Positions 15,301 to 28,320 of a stretch of 64,000 bases of DNA are shown piece by piece. Where the stretch lies: the NCBI RefSeq assembly GCF_006345805.1, contig NC_043008.1:69440001-69504000 (forward strand), read 5' to 3'. The notes beneath the pieces are model-generated. The model was not told the origin of the DNA and made no database searches. It saw only the letters and a list, made by a program, of their open reading frames with translations. This DNA is from Octopus sinensis. Taxonomy: Eukaryota. Within the stretch, counting starts at the first letter, position 1; each line of letters opens with the position of its first letter. Position numbers and translations under genes: made by a program.

Positions 15301-15714
15301 AACAGGGTTCCTGTTCAGATAACAGAATAGATGCTCAGAATTATATGTATTTATGTTTATGTGCGTATTCTCATTTTCATCGCATCAAGAATCTATATAC
15401 ATAGAAACAGAAATAGAAAATATACGATTTTACATTTGTAGTTCATAGCAAATGTCATTCATATTATGCTTTCTAGATCTGTAAATAGTTTTCCGCAAAT
15501 AGTTCGCATTATATTTTAGGCTTCAAGGATAGGTTAGTGAGGAGAGTACACCCAACAAAAGATTTTAATTGTGAAACGATTTGTCAGAATATAAGCACAA
15601 GATGATGGGACAATGATACATGAAAAATGTGTGTTTCTTGTAATGGAAACATTTGGTGATGAAATGCGATAATATGTCGAAATATTAGAAAATAGAGAAA
15701 AGAAAATAAAGAAA

Positions 15715-15868
15715 ATATTAATGCGCAAACGTGGCTGTATGGTAGGAAGCTGGCTTCTCAAACACATAGTTGTGAGTTCAGTCTCAATTCATGGCCAGTG
15801 TCTTCTGCTATAGCCTAGGTTGACTAAAATGGGTGGATGTGGTAGAAAGAAGCTGAAGGAAGACCGTC

Positions 15869-15910
<42 letters not shown>

Positions 15911-16188
15911 GAATAAAAAAATGGAGTTAACGATGCAATCTTCTCCTCCGGAGAGTGAAAAAAACGAAACTCGTCAATTAGACATTTTAACAAAAAATGA
16001 TGGATTTGTATAGCGATAGACAGAACGCTATTGATATTGTCTTCCTTCAGCTTCTCTCTACCACATGCACCCATTTTAGTCAACCTAGGCTATAGCAGAA
16101 GACACTGGCCATGAAGTGAGACTGAACTCACAACTATGTGTTTGAGAAGCTAGCTTCCTACCATACAGCCACGTTTGCGCATTAATAT
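15715..16188. repeat. 150-bp inverted duplication of a deleted family B SINE 5' part
   Basis: 15715-15864 is the reverse complement of 16039-16188 with about 4 mismatches, and both share the same deletions. Confidence 0.9.
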
Positions 16189-16229
<41 letters not shown>

Positions 16230-16555
16230 GCGTTTGCATGTGTACGTCTCCCTCCCACCACCACCACTTGACAACTGGTGTTGATGTGTTTACGTCACTC
16301 TAATCTAGCAGTTTGCCAAAAGAGACCGATAGAATAAGTACCAGGCTTTAAAAAAAATGTACTGGGTTCGATTCAATGCACTAAAAATTCTTCAATCTGG
16401 TGCCCCTGCATGACCGCATTCAGATATCTGAAACAAGTGAGATAAAATATGAAATTGCAAATAACGAAGGTACGTGTAATATTTACTCCTTATAAATTCG
16501 AAGATCCGAGTGAAAACAAAATGGAATGGATGGTATCTAAGCATTTGGGTATGTT

Positions 16556-16765
16556 GAGCTGGCAGACACGTTAGCGCGCCGGGCGAAATGCTTAGCGGTA
16601 TTTCGTCTGTCGTTACGTTCTGAGTTCAAATTCCGCCGAGGTCAACTTTCCCTTTCATCCTTTCGGGGTCGATAAATAAAGTACCAGTTTCGCACTGGGG
16701 GCGATATAATCGACTGAATCCCTTCGTCTGTCCTTGTTTGTCCCCTTCTGGGCAGTAAAGAAATA
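16556..16765 (+). mobile_element. tRNA-derived SINE, family C
   Basis: gagctggcagacacgttag...gagttcaaattccgccgagg (B-box-like)...gtaaagaaata. There are many further copies, e.g. 5620-5810, 7545-7720, 18935-19125, 20995-21840, 37125-37345, 51630-52020 and 56625-56825. Confidence 0.85.
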
Positions 16766-17149
16766 TATATAAGTCCTATGACGGCTTGAAGTGGAACTTT
16801 CAGACATTCTTTTGTGTAGACAATCGGAAGCTAATATTTTTGGTATGTCGTCGCACACAGGGTACATAATTTCTTACTCCTACACAATTCGGCCTAAGAA
16901 TACATTTTAAATACTGTATAACTATTAATTTCTTATATATGACTCTTTTACTCGTTTCAGCCATGCGGCTGCGGTCATGCTGGAACAGAAGCGAAACGTT
17001 TGGCATCACTTGAAAAAGACAATTAATTCAGACAGAGAATATAAACATAAATATAATGGCGGTGCCCCAGCATGGCCACAGCTCAAAAGCTGAAACTGGA
17101 AAACATAAACATAAAATATAGAGTCTCTTACACTCGTTTCTAGAATAGG

Positions 17150-17450
17150 CAAGCACATGGATCATCATACTGAGTAAGGTTTCTTATGGGCGGTATATTC
17201 TATCATCAGAGAGGGAGAAGTCAGAGAGATGTAAGAATAAGGGAATATCTCCAGTTGAGGATATTAGTATATTCCAGCTTGTCAAAAATGGAGGAAGGGT
17301 CAGAATAAAATTGATATACGTTACGTAGTTCCATGATCGAATAAATAATACAGTTATAGGTTATGTCCATTAGCAGTTTGAAGTGAGAATATTCGTGGCA
17401 AGATATAGTTACAAATTTGAATAGAGAATGAATGAGGGTTTATTAGGAAA
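17150..17450 (-). mobile_element. Possible Penelope-like RT relic
   Basis: Minus strand DIPLFLHLSDFSLSDDRIYRP*ET resembles the PLE RT segment (S)LPFLDI..S....I.T....KPT. Very degenerate. Confidence 0.3.
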
Positions 17451-17769
17451 GACAGGCAGGCAGATGTAGTAAAGTAGATATATACTTATCAATATAGTGG
17501 GGGTATATATATATATATATAGACAGATAGATAAAGGGATGAAGAACAGCAGATGTCATCCTTTAGCTGATCATCAGTGCTGGTCCGAGTTGAGAAAAGC
17601 GGGAAGGAAGGGGTTATGATGGAATAAAGCAGTTGCAAAAATAATGACGATCTAAAGTTCAAAGACAGCCTGATACTACTAGAAGTGAGGGGTGGTTTAG
17701 GGCTCCCCTGCTTATAGTGGTGCTAGAAATAGATGCTCATAATATTAAATTTAAAGAGAAAACCCACTA

Positions 17770-18084
17770 CGGTCATGAATGTCCATCAGATTGAACCTGG
17801 AAAGTTACCCTCCTAGATACAAGTCCAGGCAAGGTTGTTTATAGAAGACCAGGAGTCGCTCATGCATACCAGTCTCCCCTCTCTACACCACCAATGTCAT
17901 GCAAGGGAAAGAGAAATGGCGATACAGCTTGGCACCAGTGACGTCACAACTGATTTCCATAGCTGAGTGACATAGCAACGTGACATAAAGTGTCTTGCTC
18001 AACAATACAACGCACGACCCGGTCTGAGAACCGAGCTCGCTACCTCATGATTGTGAGCCCGACGCACTGAGCCGTCGCCTTCAC
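17770..18084 (-). mobile_element. SINE family A copy (diverged)
   Basis: Reverse-complement match to family A. Confidence 0.75.
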
Positions 18085-18180
18085 TCGAAAAAAAGGATCA
18101 AAGGTTCTTCCCGAGTCATAGGCCCCTAAACAACACTCTAATCCCTAATCACACTCCTCGACACAGGCAAACGCGCGCTC

Positions 18181-18211
<31 letters not shown>

Positions 18212-19304
18212 AAGAAAGGGAGAGAGATAGAGAAAAAGCAAAATAAAAAGAGAGAGAGGGAGGGAGGGAAATAGAGAGAGTAAGATAGTGAAGTTGTATC
18301 ATTAGTGCTTTTTGAAAAATGCTTATTCTAATTGTATCTATTCTTGAATTTATTTGGATTCAGACCGGAATGTCTTTCTTGCGTTGTACGTATTTTTTAC
18401 TGTAAATTTATATTTTTATAGTTTTAGCAATGCAATTCAAAGTTAGGGACAGTTATTAGATTTAGTACAATTGCAGTTGTAAAAGCGTACATAATTAAAG
18501 TTAGCTTTGTTAGATGAAGCTATACTTTGGCTTCAATTCGGTGTTGTAGAATAAGAGAATTTAAACTGTGAAACTGAAGAACTGGCAATAGTTGAGTTGA
18601 ACTGTTTCCCCCACCTACATTAGACAAAAGTGACCTGAGATAAATGGGAAAAATAGAGCGATAGGTATTACGCATAGAACACACTAAAACGTCCAGTACT
18701 ATCACTGTTATTATCTACTATGGTTTATATTCATAATAAATTTAATTATAAAAAGCCTCCGTTTCAAGTTCCTTGCATTTCACAGAACATTACTACCATA
18801 ATTTTCCAAGAAGTCAAATATTTTCTACTGCTTATTATTAGAGACTATATTGTTTTATCGCCATTTCTCTTTTGTTTCAAATTTTCTAAATATTTTCTCG
18901 CTCCATTTTCCAAAACATTCTTCTTGATAATGGTTTAAAGTTTTGGCACATCGCTAAATCGATTACATCGATCCCAGTGCTCAACTGATACTTGTTTTAT
19001 CGATCTCAAAAGGATGGAAGGCAAAGTTGACCTCGGCGGAATTTGAATTCAGAACGTAAAGATGGACGAAATGCCGCTAAGCAAATTTCCCGCCGTGCTA
19101 ATAATCTGCCAGCTCGCCGCCTTATTCTTCTTAATATTATTCCATCAATTCCATTTCCTTACTCTCTTTTCTTCACTTCTCGTTCATTTTCTTCTATTTC
19201 GTTTGCAAATACGTAACACATTCTTGTAATTTATTTTGACTCCCAAGATATTAAATTTATTCTCTCATTTCTTATTCCAACTACAGAGAGAGAGAGAGAG
19301 GGGG

Positions 19305-19391
<87 letters not shown>

Positions 19392-19919
19392 GCAAACAAC
19401 AAACAACATATTCTAACTAAAAATAATATCCATTGCAACTGGAAATATTCTTTGATTCTGATTTATCCCGAAGCTAATTTTCTTAAACACCAAAACATTC
19501 CCGGTTTCACCACCATGCAACACCCATACCACTTTAATGAGCTTAATCCTACCAATCAGCCACTCCCCCTGACCGACGGCCGCTACAATTCTTTACTACC
19601 CCTCTGTTTAAATCATTCCCACCTTTTCTCCTAGTTTCCATTTCATCCGTTTACCATTCTAACCTTCCCTTTAATCATTTCCTTGTGACGAATGCGAAAC
19701 CGTATTTCTGTAATTTAATTTTCTTTATTTGACTCCAAGAAATGTCGCATGTTTTGAAGAGAAAGAATGAAAAGGCTGATCTTTCGGGAAATATTCTTCT
19801 AACAAAGAAAATTTCTGTCAATCTTCAGATCAAATTTCCATTCTAAAGAAAATCTTTGAGTTCTTCAGCATTGTTTTATTTTTGTAATTCTTTATAATTC
19901 CTTATTCGCTTATTTTTTA

Positions 19920-19958
19920 ATACATACATACATACGTGTGTGTGTATGTATATATGTG

Positions 19959-20016
<58 letters not shown>

Positions 20017-20020
20017 ATAC

Positions 20021-20074
<54 letters not shown>

Positions 20075-20078
20075 TTAC

Positions 20079-20142
<64 letters not shown>

Positions 20143-20167
20143 CATATATATATACATATATACCTAC

Positions 20168-20237
<70 letters not shown>

Positions 20238-20345
20238 GCACGCGTGTGTGAGTGTGTGAGCGTACGTGAGTGTGTGAGCGTACGTGTGCGTGTCGATGTT
20301 TGTGTGTGTATTGTATATGTCAGCCTATGTATATGTGTGAGTGAA
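19920..20345. repeat. Compound (TA)n/(TG)n microsatellite
   Basis: Direct reading. One of dozens of TA/CA/TG/GA tracts in the window. Confidence 0.95.
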
Positions 20346-20756
20346 TGTGTGCGTAATTAAATGTGTTGGTGTTTGTTACCATTCTACTTATTTTCACTAT
20401 TTTCTGTTTATTTTCTATTTCATTCTTGTTATTGCTCTTGGTGGTAGTGATGGTGGTGGTAGTGGTGGTGGTGGTAGCAGCCGTGCCGGGGTGGTGGTGG
20501 TGGTGGTGATGGTGATTGCTGTTTTCTTCTTCAGCTCCCTCTTAAATAAATTATTACAATAACAAACTACCACCGCCATTCTCACCACCACTACCCTCAG
20601 CAGCAGCAGCAGCAGCAACAACATTATCATCAGCAGCAGTATCTCATTCCTCCACATCTCCACTCACCATTACTCACTCTAGTGACGTCCATAATCAATG
20701 TTTAATCTGAAAGATTCCATTGATTTGGGTCAACCATTGTTGGCGTCGTTTATTCG

Positions 20757-20833
<77 letters not shown>

Positions 20834-20862
20834 ATTTTAAACACTACAAAATGATTTCTAAT

Positions 20863-20909
<47 letters not shown>

Positions 20910-21869
20910 AGCGACGACAAGAAAAACAGAACCACCATGACCAACGCCGACACCACCACCACCACCACCACCACCAACAACAACAACAATATTAGTTTCA
21001 AATTTTGGCACAAGGCCAGCACTTTCGTTGGGGTGAGGATAGGGTACGTCGTCTACTTCGACCCCAGTGTTCAACTGGTACTTATTTTATCGACCTCGAA
21101 AGAATGAAAGGAAAAGTAGACCTCGGCGGAATTTCGACTCAGACGAACAAAATGCCGCTCAGCATTTTGTCCGGCGTGCTAACGATTCTGCCAGTTCAGC
21201 GTCTTAAACAACAACAACAATACTAATAATAACAATATTGGTTTCAAAGTTTGGCAGTTTCAAAGGTCGAAAATTTCAGGGATAGTTTACAACCATCCCA
21301 GTGTCCAACTGGTACTCATTTTTTCGACCCTGAAAGGATGAAAGGCAAAGTCAACATTGGGAGAATTTGAACTCAGAACGTAATGCTGCGAAGCATTTTT
21401 CCAGGCGTGCTGGCGATTTCCTCAGCTCACTGTCTTACTAATAATAGTTTCGAATTTTGGCACAAGGCTAGCAATTTCGAGGAAGACATTAAATTAATTA
21501 CATTGACACCCCCATACCTCAACTGGTACTTATGTTATCGACCCCAGAAGGATGAAAGGTAAGTTGACCTAAAAATTTCAACGCTGAGGGTAAAGACGGA
21601 CGAAATGCCGCTACACATTTTGTCCGGCGTAATATCAATAATAATAATAGCAATGATAGTAATCGTTTCTGCTATAGGCACAAGTCCTAGAATTTTGAGG
21701 GAGGAGACTAGTCGATTACATCGACCCTATTGCTCAACTGGTTATTATTTCATCGACCCTGCAAGGATAAAAGAACAAATCGACCTCGGTGGAATTTGAA
21801 CCCAGAATGTAAAGACGGACGTAATGCCACTACGCATTTGGTCCGGGGTAATATTAATGATAATACTAT

Positions 21870-22105
21870 TAATGGCGGCGAGCTGGCAGAAACGTTAGCG
21901 CGCCGAGCGTAATGCTTAGCCGTATTTCGTCTGTCGTTACGTTCTGAGTTCAAATTCCGCCGAGGTCGACTTTGCCTTTCATCCTCTCGGGGTCGATAAA
22001 TAAAGTACCAGTTTCGCACTGGGTCGATGTAAACGACTTAATCCGTTTGTCCGTCCTTGTTTGTCCCCTCTATGTTTAGCCCCTTGTGGGTAGTAAAGAA
22101 ATAGA
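21870..22105 (+). mobile_element. SINE family C copy
   Basis: Near-identical to 16556-16765. Confidence 0.85.
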
Positions 22106-22119
22106 TAATACTATTAATA

Positions 22120-22492
22120 ACAAGAGCACTCAGAGAGTGCAAACCTCCACCAAGGCAACACCAATGTCCTCTCAACGATTAGTCAGAGATGATTATTAAA
22201 ATGAGAATATCTGTAATAAACTCGACTGCTCTCACAAACGAGAATACTAAAATTGATCCCGACCGCTCTCAAAAATTAATTTTAAAAAACCGGAAAAATA
22301 ATCCAGAATCCTTGTCCGGTACCGGATCGATCCCAAAATCTAATCAGTTTGTGCCATTCACGAGGCCAAACATCCCTGAACGTTTCATCAGAATTCATCC
22401 AGCGGTTCCTAAGACATCTTATCCACGGACAAACAAACGAACAAGCAAACACGACTGAAAACAATACCCCGCCTTCGCTAAGGCGGAAGTAA
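22120..22492. mobile_element. Family D copy (Helitron-like)
   Basis: Same sequence as 11443-11812, ending ccgccttcgctaaggcggaag. Confidence 0.6.
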
Positions 22493-22922
22493 TAATAATA
22501 ATAATAATAATAACAACATCAACAACAACAAAAATGGGAATAACAATGATAAAGGTTTCAAATTTTGGCACAAGGCCAGCAATTTTAAGGGGTCAATAGT
22601 CGATATCATCTAGTCCAGTACATGGAAAGATGAGCGGCAAATTTGATCACGATAGGATTTGAACTCGGAACATTAAAAGCTGTAGGAAATGCTGCTCAGC
22701 GTTTTTGACCGGTTCGCTAATGATTCTGTGAAACAACAGCAACAACAACAACAACAAAAACAATAACATCATTATCCTTATTTTAAGACGGCGAGCAAAC
22801 AGAATCATTAACACTCCAGACAATATGCTTAGTGGCATTTCGTCCGTCTTCACGTTCTTAGTTCAAATGCCAACAGAGTCGACTTTCCCTTTCATCCTCT
22901 CAGGGTCAGTAAAATAAGCACC

Positions 22923-23294
22923 AATGATTTGGGTACGCTTGCCCACCTGGTGTTACTTGTTGAAATTTCACTGACTGGTCGATGTAAGCAACAAGCCCCT
23001 CCCCTGAAACTATTGACCTAGTGCCAAAATTTGAAATTAAAATTACTATTATTAAGGCGACGAGCTTACTGACCCATTACCACGTCAGATAAAATGTTAA
23101 GTGGCATTTTGTCGAAAAGCAATGATGTGAATCTCACGTTAACAATGGCATAGCAAAAGCATGTTTGCTTTTTCTGTCAAGGAGTCAGTCATCACAGAAA
23201 TCAAAGGAGTTGACTTCGCACTGAAGGGATAACTAGGACCAGTCAATGAAATTTCAACAAATAACACCAGGTGGGCCAGCGTACCCAAATCATT
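22923..23294. repeat. 58-bp inverted repeat, the left copy inserted in a SINE
   Basis: 22923-22980 is the reverse complement of 23237-23294 with 3 mismatches. Confidence 0.92.
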
Positions 23295-23299
23295 TTAGT

Positions 23300-23755
23300 A
23301 GGGTACTAGAACAATATTTTTATTCGAGGCTTGTGAGTTTACTTCAGTCCATGTTCCAGTGGAGTGGAGCAGAGCATGTGCAAGTTTATGAACAAGATCG
23401 CCACTACCATCAAATATGGGCTCATAGGAAGCTATTCACGTAAGATCGGAAAAGGTGGCAAACGTTCATATCGCCTTCGTTGCTCATTTAACGCCCGATC
23501 TTTGCCTGGCTCCTCGTTGCTTTAATTTCCCTAATTTCACCATGAGATGCAGTTTCTGATCTTTGTGGATCTTAAAATGTCTTTTGAGGCGTCCGTAAGA
23601 TTTACAGACCTTATAACATACACGGCATTGAAAGGTGTGCACAGATGTATAGGCAGAATAGATGGTGGCGGTTCATTGTTCATGGGTCCACAAATGATAT
23701 TTGAGCCCAGCAAAAGAAAGGCATGGTCTGTCACAAACTGTGTACGCAAAAACAT
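23300..23755 (+). mobile_element. Degenerate non-LTR post-RT relic related to the 1-200 fragment
   Basis: Shares gagatg...taaaatgtc...gaggc...aga with the reverse complement of 95-180. Translates in part to TALKGVHRCIGRIDGG. Confidence 0.3.
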
Positions 23756-23771
23756 CACATACATACATACA

Positions 23772-23803
<32 letters not shown>

Positions 23804-23837
23804 CATACATACATAGATGCATGCGTGCATACATACA

Positions 23838-23871
<34 letters not shown>

Positions 23872-24394
23872 CATACATACATGCATACATACATATATAC
23901 ATATGTCCATGTGCTTTTTTATATTAGTTTTACTCGTTTCAAAATGGCCGCCTCTGTTTTAGCAGGAGAAGGGAATTTGCCACAGGGGAAGTAGCTCGTT
24001 GAATATCAAAGAAATATGTTTGCCTTCTAAGTTTTTCTTTCATTTCTGTTCTGTTCTGTTCTTTTCTTTTTTTTTTTAGTGTACAAAAGCAAAGTTAACA
24101 AAACAACAACAACAACAGACAATAAGACTATTGAGAGACATTGAAGATCACGCAGTTTGCAGCTGCAGTTTGAAAAGCACAAAATCAAAGTGGTGAAAGC
24201 GTCAAGTGAAATGACAAAACTGCTGTAAACAACAACGAGACAATCAACAACAAAAACAACTCATCTTTTGATAGCAAGTTTTGTGGGTCAGATCGATGAG
24301 GTGGTGGACATGAGCTACACACACGCACACACATTCACGCACACACACACACGCACACACACACATACACATTAGCAGGGATATGCAGTAAAAA

Positions 24395-26160
24395 ATAAAA
24401 TTAATGTCACCCACATATTTTTATTATCGATGACCTAAATTTATATTCTGGTAACATGAACATCATCAATAGACAATTAGAACTAGTTGCAAAATTCTCA
24501 CGAGATATAGGAATGTAGCTTGGGTAAGACAAATGTTCATACATGATAATCAACCGAGGAAAGATTGTTGACCAGACAGAGAGCATATGTATCAATGGCT
24601 TGTCTATCACCCCTGTCGATAATGATGAAGCGACGTGAAAATTGCAGACGTTGGTGCTGTGACTAAAACCAGAATAAAAGAGAGTACTTTTATAAATTCC
24701 GGAAGATATGAAAACTCAGAGCTGTCTTCATTTAATAAGACCATACCTCACAATGCATTTGCAGTGCTAGTGCTAGTACCAACATTTGGCATATTGGACT
24801 GGATACTCGATGAGATACATAGCCTAGGCATCAAAACCAGAAAGGCACTGATCACCACTGGCAACTTCTACAGCGACACCAATAGCATCTATGTGAGACA
24901 AAGTGATAGCGATAGAGGCATAAGATCAGTTCAAACAGCTTTTGAATATCACATTGCATCACTCAGACAACACCTGTTGGACAGTAAAGAAAGAAATGAA
25001 TACATCACAGGCATACTCAAAAATGAGAGCAACAGCATCTTCAGAGTTGAAAAAGAACTACTGAGAAAGGTATTCTGTGAATACAACTGTCTTTTGTGAC
25101 CCAAAATAACCTAGAATGGTTTACCTAAACAGAAGCTTGGAGGGGAAGCAAGTGTCTTACGAACAAAAATCAATACATGGGTATATATTCTATAAGCAAA
25201 AGAATAACAACAAGATTGACAGGATAAGTAGCTTCTCCTCGATGTCTTAGAGGAGAGAGCTAGTAAATACCTGATAAATAAGAGAGAGACAAAGATGCCA
25301 CCAACCCTTCACGTTGAGATAGAAAATGTCGGCTCTGCTCTATCTGGGTGGAAGATATCACTAGCGGCTGCCCTAAAATGACTACGAGATACTGCGTGGC
25401 CCTGAGGCATGATATAGTTGCAATGACTATTAACAACGCTATCTGCAGGAAGGATCATCCTGACGTTATACATCAAAGGCATGTCAGAATCAGCATTTAT
25501 TCACAGTTTTCTAAAAAAAAAAAAGAACACTGGTGGAACACTCCGATAGAAACAGTAATTCGGTGCAAACACAATAGACCTGATATTGTCTGGTGGGATA
25601 GGGACAAATATCATAAATTAATAAATAAAACATATGCATATATACATACATATATGTAAGTACCTACCTCTACATGTATATATATATATATATACATATA
25701 TGGGTACAGGACACCAAAAAAACGTCGAACACAATGAGAAACGAAAACATAAACACAAAACCAAGGAACTGGACATTTTTCTTAAACAACGAAAAAATAG
25801 AGTAGAGAGACAAATAACACAAGGAAAATTCCCCTTCTTCAGTCGCCATGGTCTCATCTACTCTGCGTTTCGAAGGTACTGTTATAGATGTCATCTGGCC
25901 AGCGGATGTAAATGCATCATTAAAAAAAGAGAACATTTAATGTGAATTAATGCGGAAATTACAGCTCTTGTCAGTGACAATGAATTATTATTTGTACTTA
26001 TCATCATTGGTGCACTAAGCTATGTACCAACAAATTTACACAAACACTTAGAAATACGTGGTTTTTCGAAGAAAGAGCAAATAACACTGACGCGGATTCT
26101 GCACATCCAATCTATTGACAGCTCTGTGTAGATTTGTAAAACATATCAACTATTGTCGAT
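24395..26160 (+). mobile_element. Degenerate R4/Dong-like non-LTR retrotransposon (RT end, zinc knuckle, REL endonuclease), interrupted at ~25615-25945
   Basis: Pieces in the expected order: HIFFIIDDLNLYS (RT xDD motif), LELVAKFSRDIGM, NAFAVLVLVPTFGILDW...RGIRSV, EDITSGC...RHD, WWNTPIETVIRCKHNRPDIVWWD and IIGALSYVP. Confidence 0.8.
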
Positions 26161-26465
26161 CTGAAATTCTTTTGATCAATAGCTGAACACACTTGGGTGT
26201 GTGCATCGGTGGCTAAACCAACTCAGCAACTCAACTATATATTTTTTTAAATACCGAGAACTCTCTTAACTCAAAAACTCTTGTCGCTTTGTCAATGACC
26301 GGCGTGAACTCTCTTCAGAACTTAAATACAACTCAAAGAAACAGACATATATGCATGCATTCATACACACATACATACATACATACATACATACATACAT
26401 ACATACATACAGACAGACAGACAGACATACATACAGACAGACATTCATGCATACATGCATACATT

Positions 26466-26511
<46 letters not shown>

Positions 26512-26592
26512 GGTCCCGGGTTGAGTCGGGGTTAACCACAGTAAATAAGGTACTCAATACATAGCAGAGTAAATTAATTTATTTTATAGAAG

Positions 26593-26645
26593 GAGCTTCT
26601 ACAGAACTAGAACTGTTTCATTCACATGAAATCTTCAGGAAGCTC
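26593..26645 (-). ncRNA. Type I hammerhead-like motif (second family), minus-strand arm of a foldback
   Basis: Reverse complement reads GAGCUUC-CUGAAGA-UUUCAUGUGAAU-GAA-ACAG-uucuaguu-CUGU-A^GAAGCUC. Stem I is 7 bp. Confidence 0.7.
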
Positions 26646-26660
26646 ATATTATCTTCCTGA

Positions 26661-26711
26661 AGCTTCCTGAAGATTTCATTTGAATGAAACAGTTCTAGTC
26701 CTGTAGAAGCT
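26661..26711 (+). ncRNA. Type I hammerhead-like motif (second family), plus-strand arm of a foldback
   Basis: Reads AGCUUC-CUGAAGA-UUUCAUUUGAAU-GAA-ACAG-uucuaguc-CUGU-A^GAAGCU. Stems I (6 bp) and III (4 bp) are perfect. Stem II is weak, with a U.U pair at its base. Confidence 0.7.
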
Positions 26712-26979
26712 CCTTCTATAAAATAATATATATATATATATATATACATACATACATAGAAACCATTAAATGACCGCGGTCAGAAAATTAATGAGGCGCA
26801 AAAATGTGCAGAAATATGCAGGTTAACAGGTACATACATTCATTCATTCATACATACATACATAATCACACACGCACACATATATATTCATATACATTCA
26901 TACATAAATGCATATATATATATATAAGCATATTTATACATGCATATGTGTGTATATTTATGTATATATCTATATATAT

Positions 26980-27017
<38 letters not shown>

Positions 27018-27504
27018 TTGTGTGTGTGTGTATGTATATATGTGTATACATATGTATGTATATATGTATATATACATGTATATGTGTATACATATATGCA
27101 TACATATGTATACATGTAAGAATACACACACACACACACACACTCAAACTCAGACGTAGGCATACACACAGCAACAGACACACGCACATGTATGGAGTGC
27201 AGTATAATGTGTTGAGGCGGAAGGGAATTTCTAGAAGTCCCTACACAACTTAGTTACGAACACAATTGGTCAAGAATACAACAGGAGAAACCTTAGTAAG
27301 AATTGATATTTTCGCCTAATCTTACAGAGTATATATAGATTGCAGCCTGTATTGGATTTTTTTTTTTGTTATATATAGCAGATAACATGTAATGGTGATG
27401 ACCGTCGACGTCCTGGGGAATGATAATACTGATGATGGTGATACTGGTAAGTTCATATATATATATGCAGACCGAGAGAGAGAGAGAGAGAAAGAGAGCG
27501 AGCG

Positions 27505-27563
<59 letters not shown>

Positions 27564-27899
27564 TATTGTCTCTTTTATTTAGCTTCTTTCTACTTTCTAC
27601 CTGCTGTAACCTCTCACGTTGTGCAACTGTTCGCCTCTGATTCCTCTCCTTCAGTTTGTCCTTTTTTACCATTATTAGATATGTATGTACATGTATGTAG
27701 ACAGCTAAACGAATATATCAGGAGTCGAGTAGCACAATTTTACTACTACTACTACTACCGCCATCACCGCCTACATCACGACGACGACGACGACCACCAC
27801 CACCACCACCATTATCTCCAGCAATATCAGCCATAGTAATTCTACTATCATACCACATGTGCCAGCACTGCAACCTCCACCACTACAGCGACTGCATTC

Positions 27900-28320
27900 T
27901 CCACTACCACTACCACAGCTTTCATCTATCCACGGCTCAACAACTGTCTCCACCACCTCAACATATCCAGCAGCATTAATTCCAAGACCCAGACTGCAGA
28001 AAAATGCGAGGTGATATGACATGACCTTTGTTGCTCACCTATCCTAAAACCATCACCGTTGCTGGTAATTTAGTGGGGATCACCCGAGGACATCAGAAGA
28101 ATCAGCATATAACCATCAGTCATTTCTCTTGTTACACTTTTGATCTTGGTCGAAGTTATTTTTTCATCAGAGAAGAACCAAGGCATGCCATTTTCTAGAG
28201 GTGTTTCAACCTTGGCACGGATCAAATGGTTTTTCTGTGTCGTTGTAGAAATGAATTGGCTTCTCTCCAGAACATGATATTTGTATCGAAATCCTTGTGC
28301 ACCAGTTCTCATAGTCTAAC
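27900..28320 (-). mobile_element. Tc1/mariner transposase fragment, same family as 13794-15300
   Basis: Translates to RSQFISTTTQKNHLIRAK...GMPWFFSDEK and GLGINAAGYVEVVETVVEPWIDE. Confidence 0.75.

Larger units (their letters stand above)
26580..26725. repeat. 65-bp inverted repeat (foldback) with 16-bp spacer, inside a small element flanked by (TA)n
   Basis: 26580-26644 is the reverse complement of 26661-26725 with 2 mismatches. (TA)n lies at ~26468-26508 and ~26726-26745. Confidence 0.95.

Noticed and set aside
23940-23995. aaaatggccgcc (YY1-like motif) with short ORF MAASVLAGEG
   Set aside because: An isolated motif with no supporting exon structure. It could belong to the neighbouring LINE relic.
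25830-25880. GAAAC...CTGAAGA (minus strand) and the similar ctgatga at ~35987
   Set aside because: The motif order would need a type II fold, and I could not build stems I-III. This is a shared repeat end only.
27580-27680. Possible minus-strand exon MVKKDKLKERNQRRTVAQRERLQQ with a CAG|GTAGA donor
   Set aside because: No credible acceptor, no recognisable homology, and it sits between microsatellites and a transposon relic.
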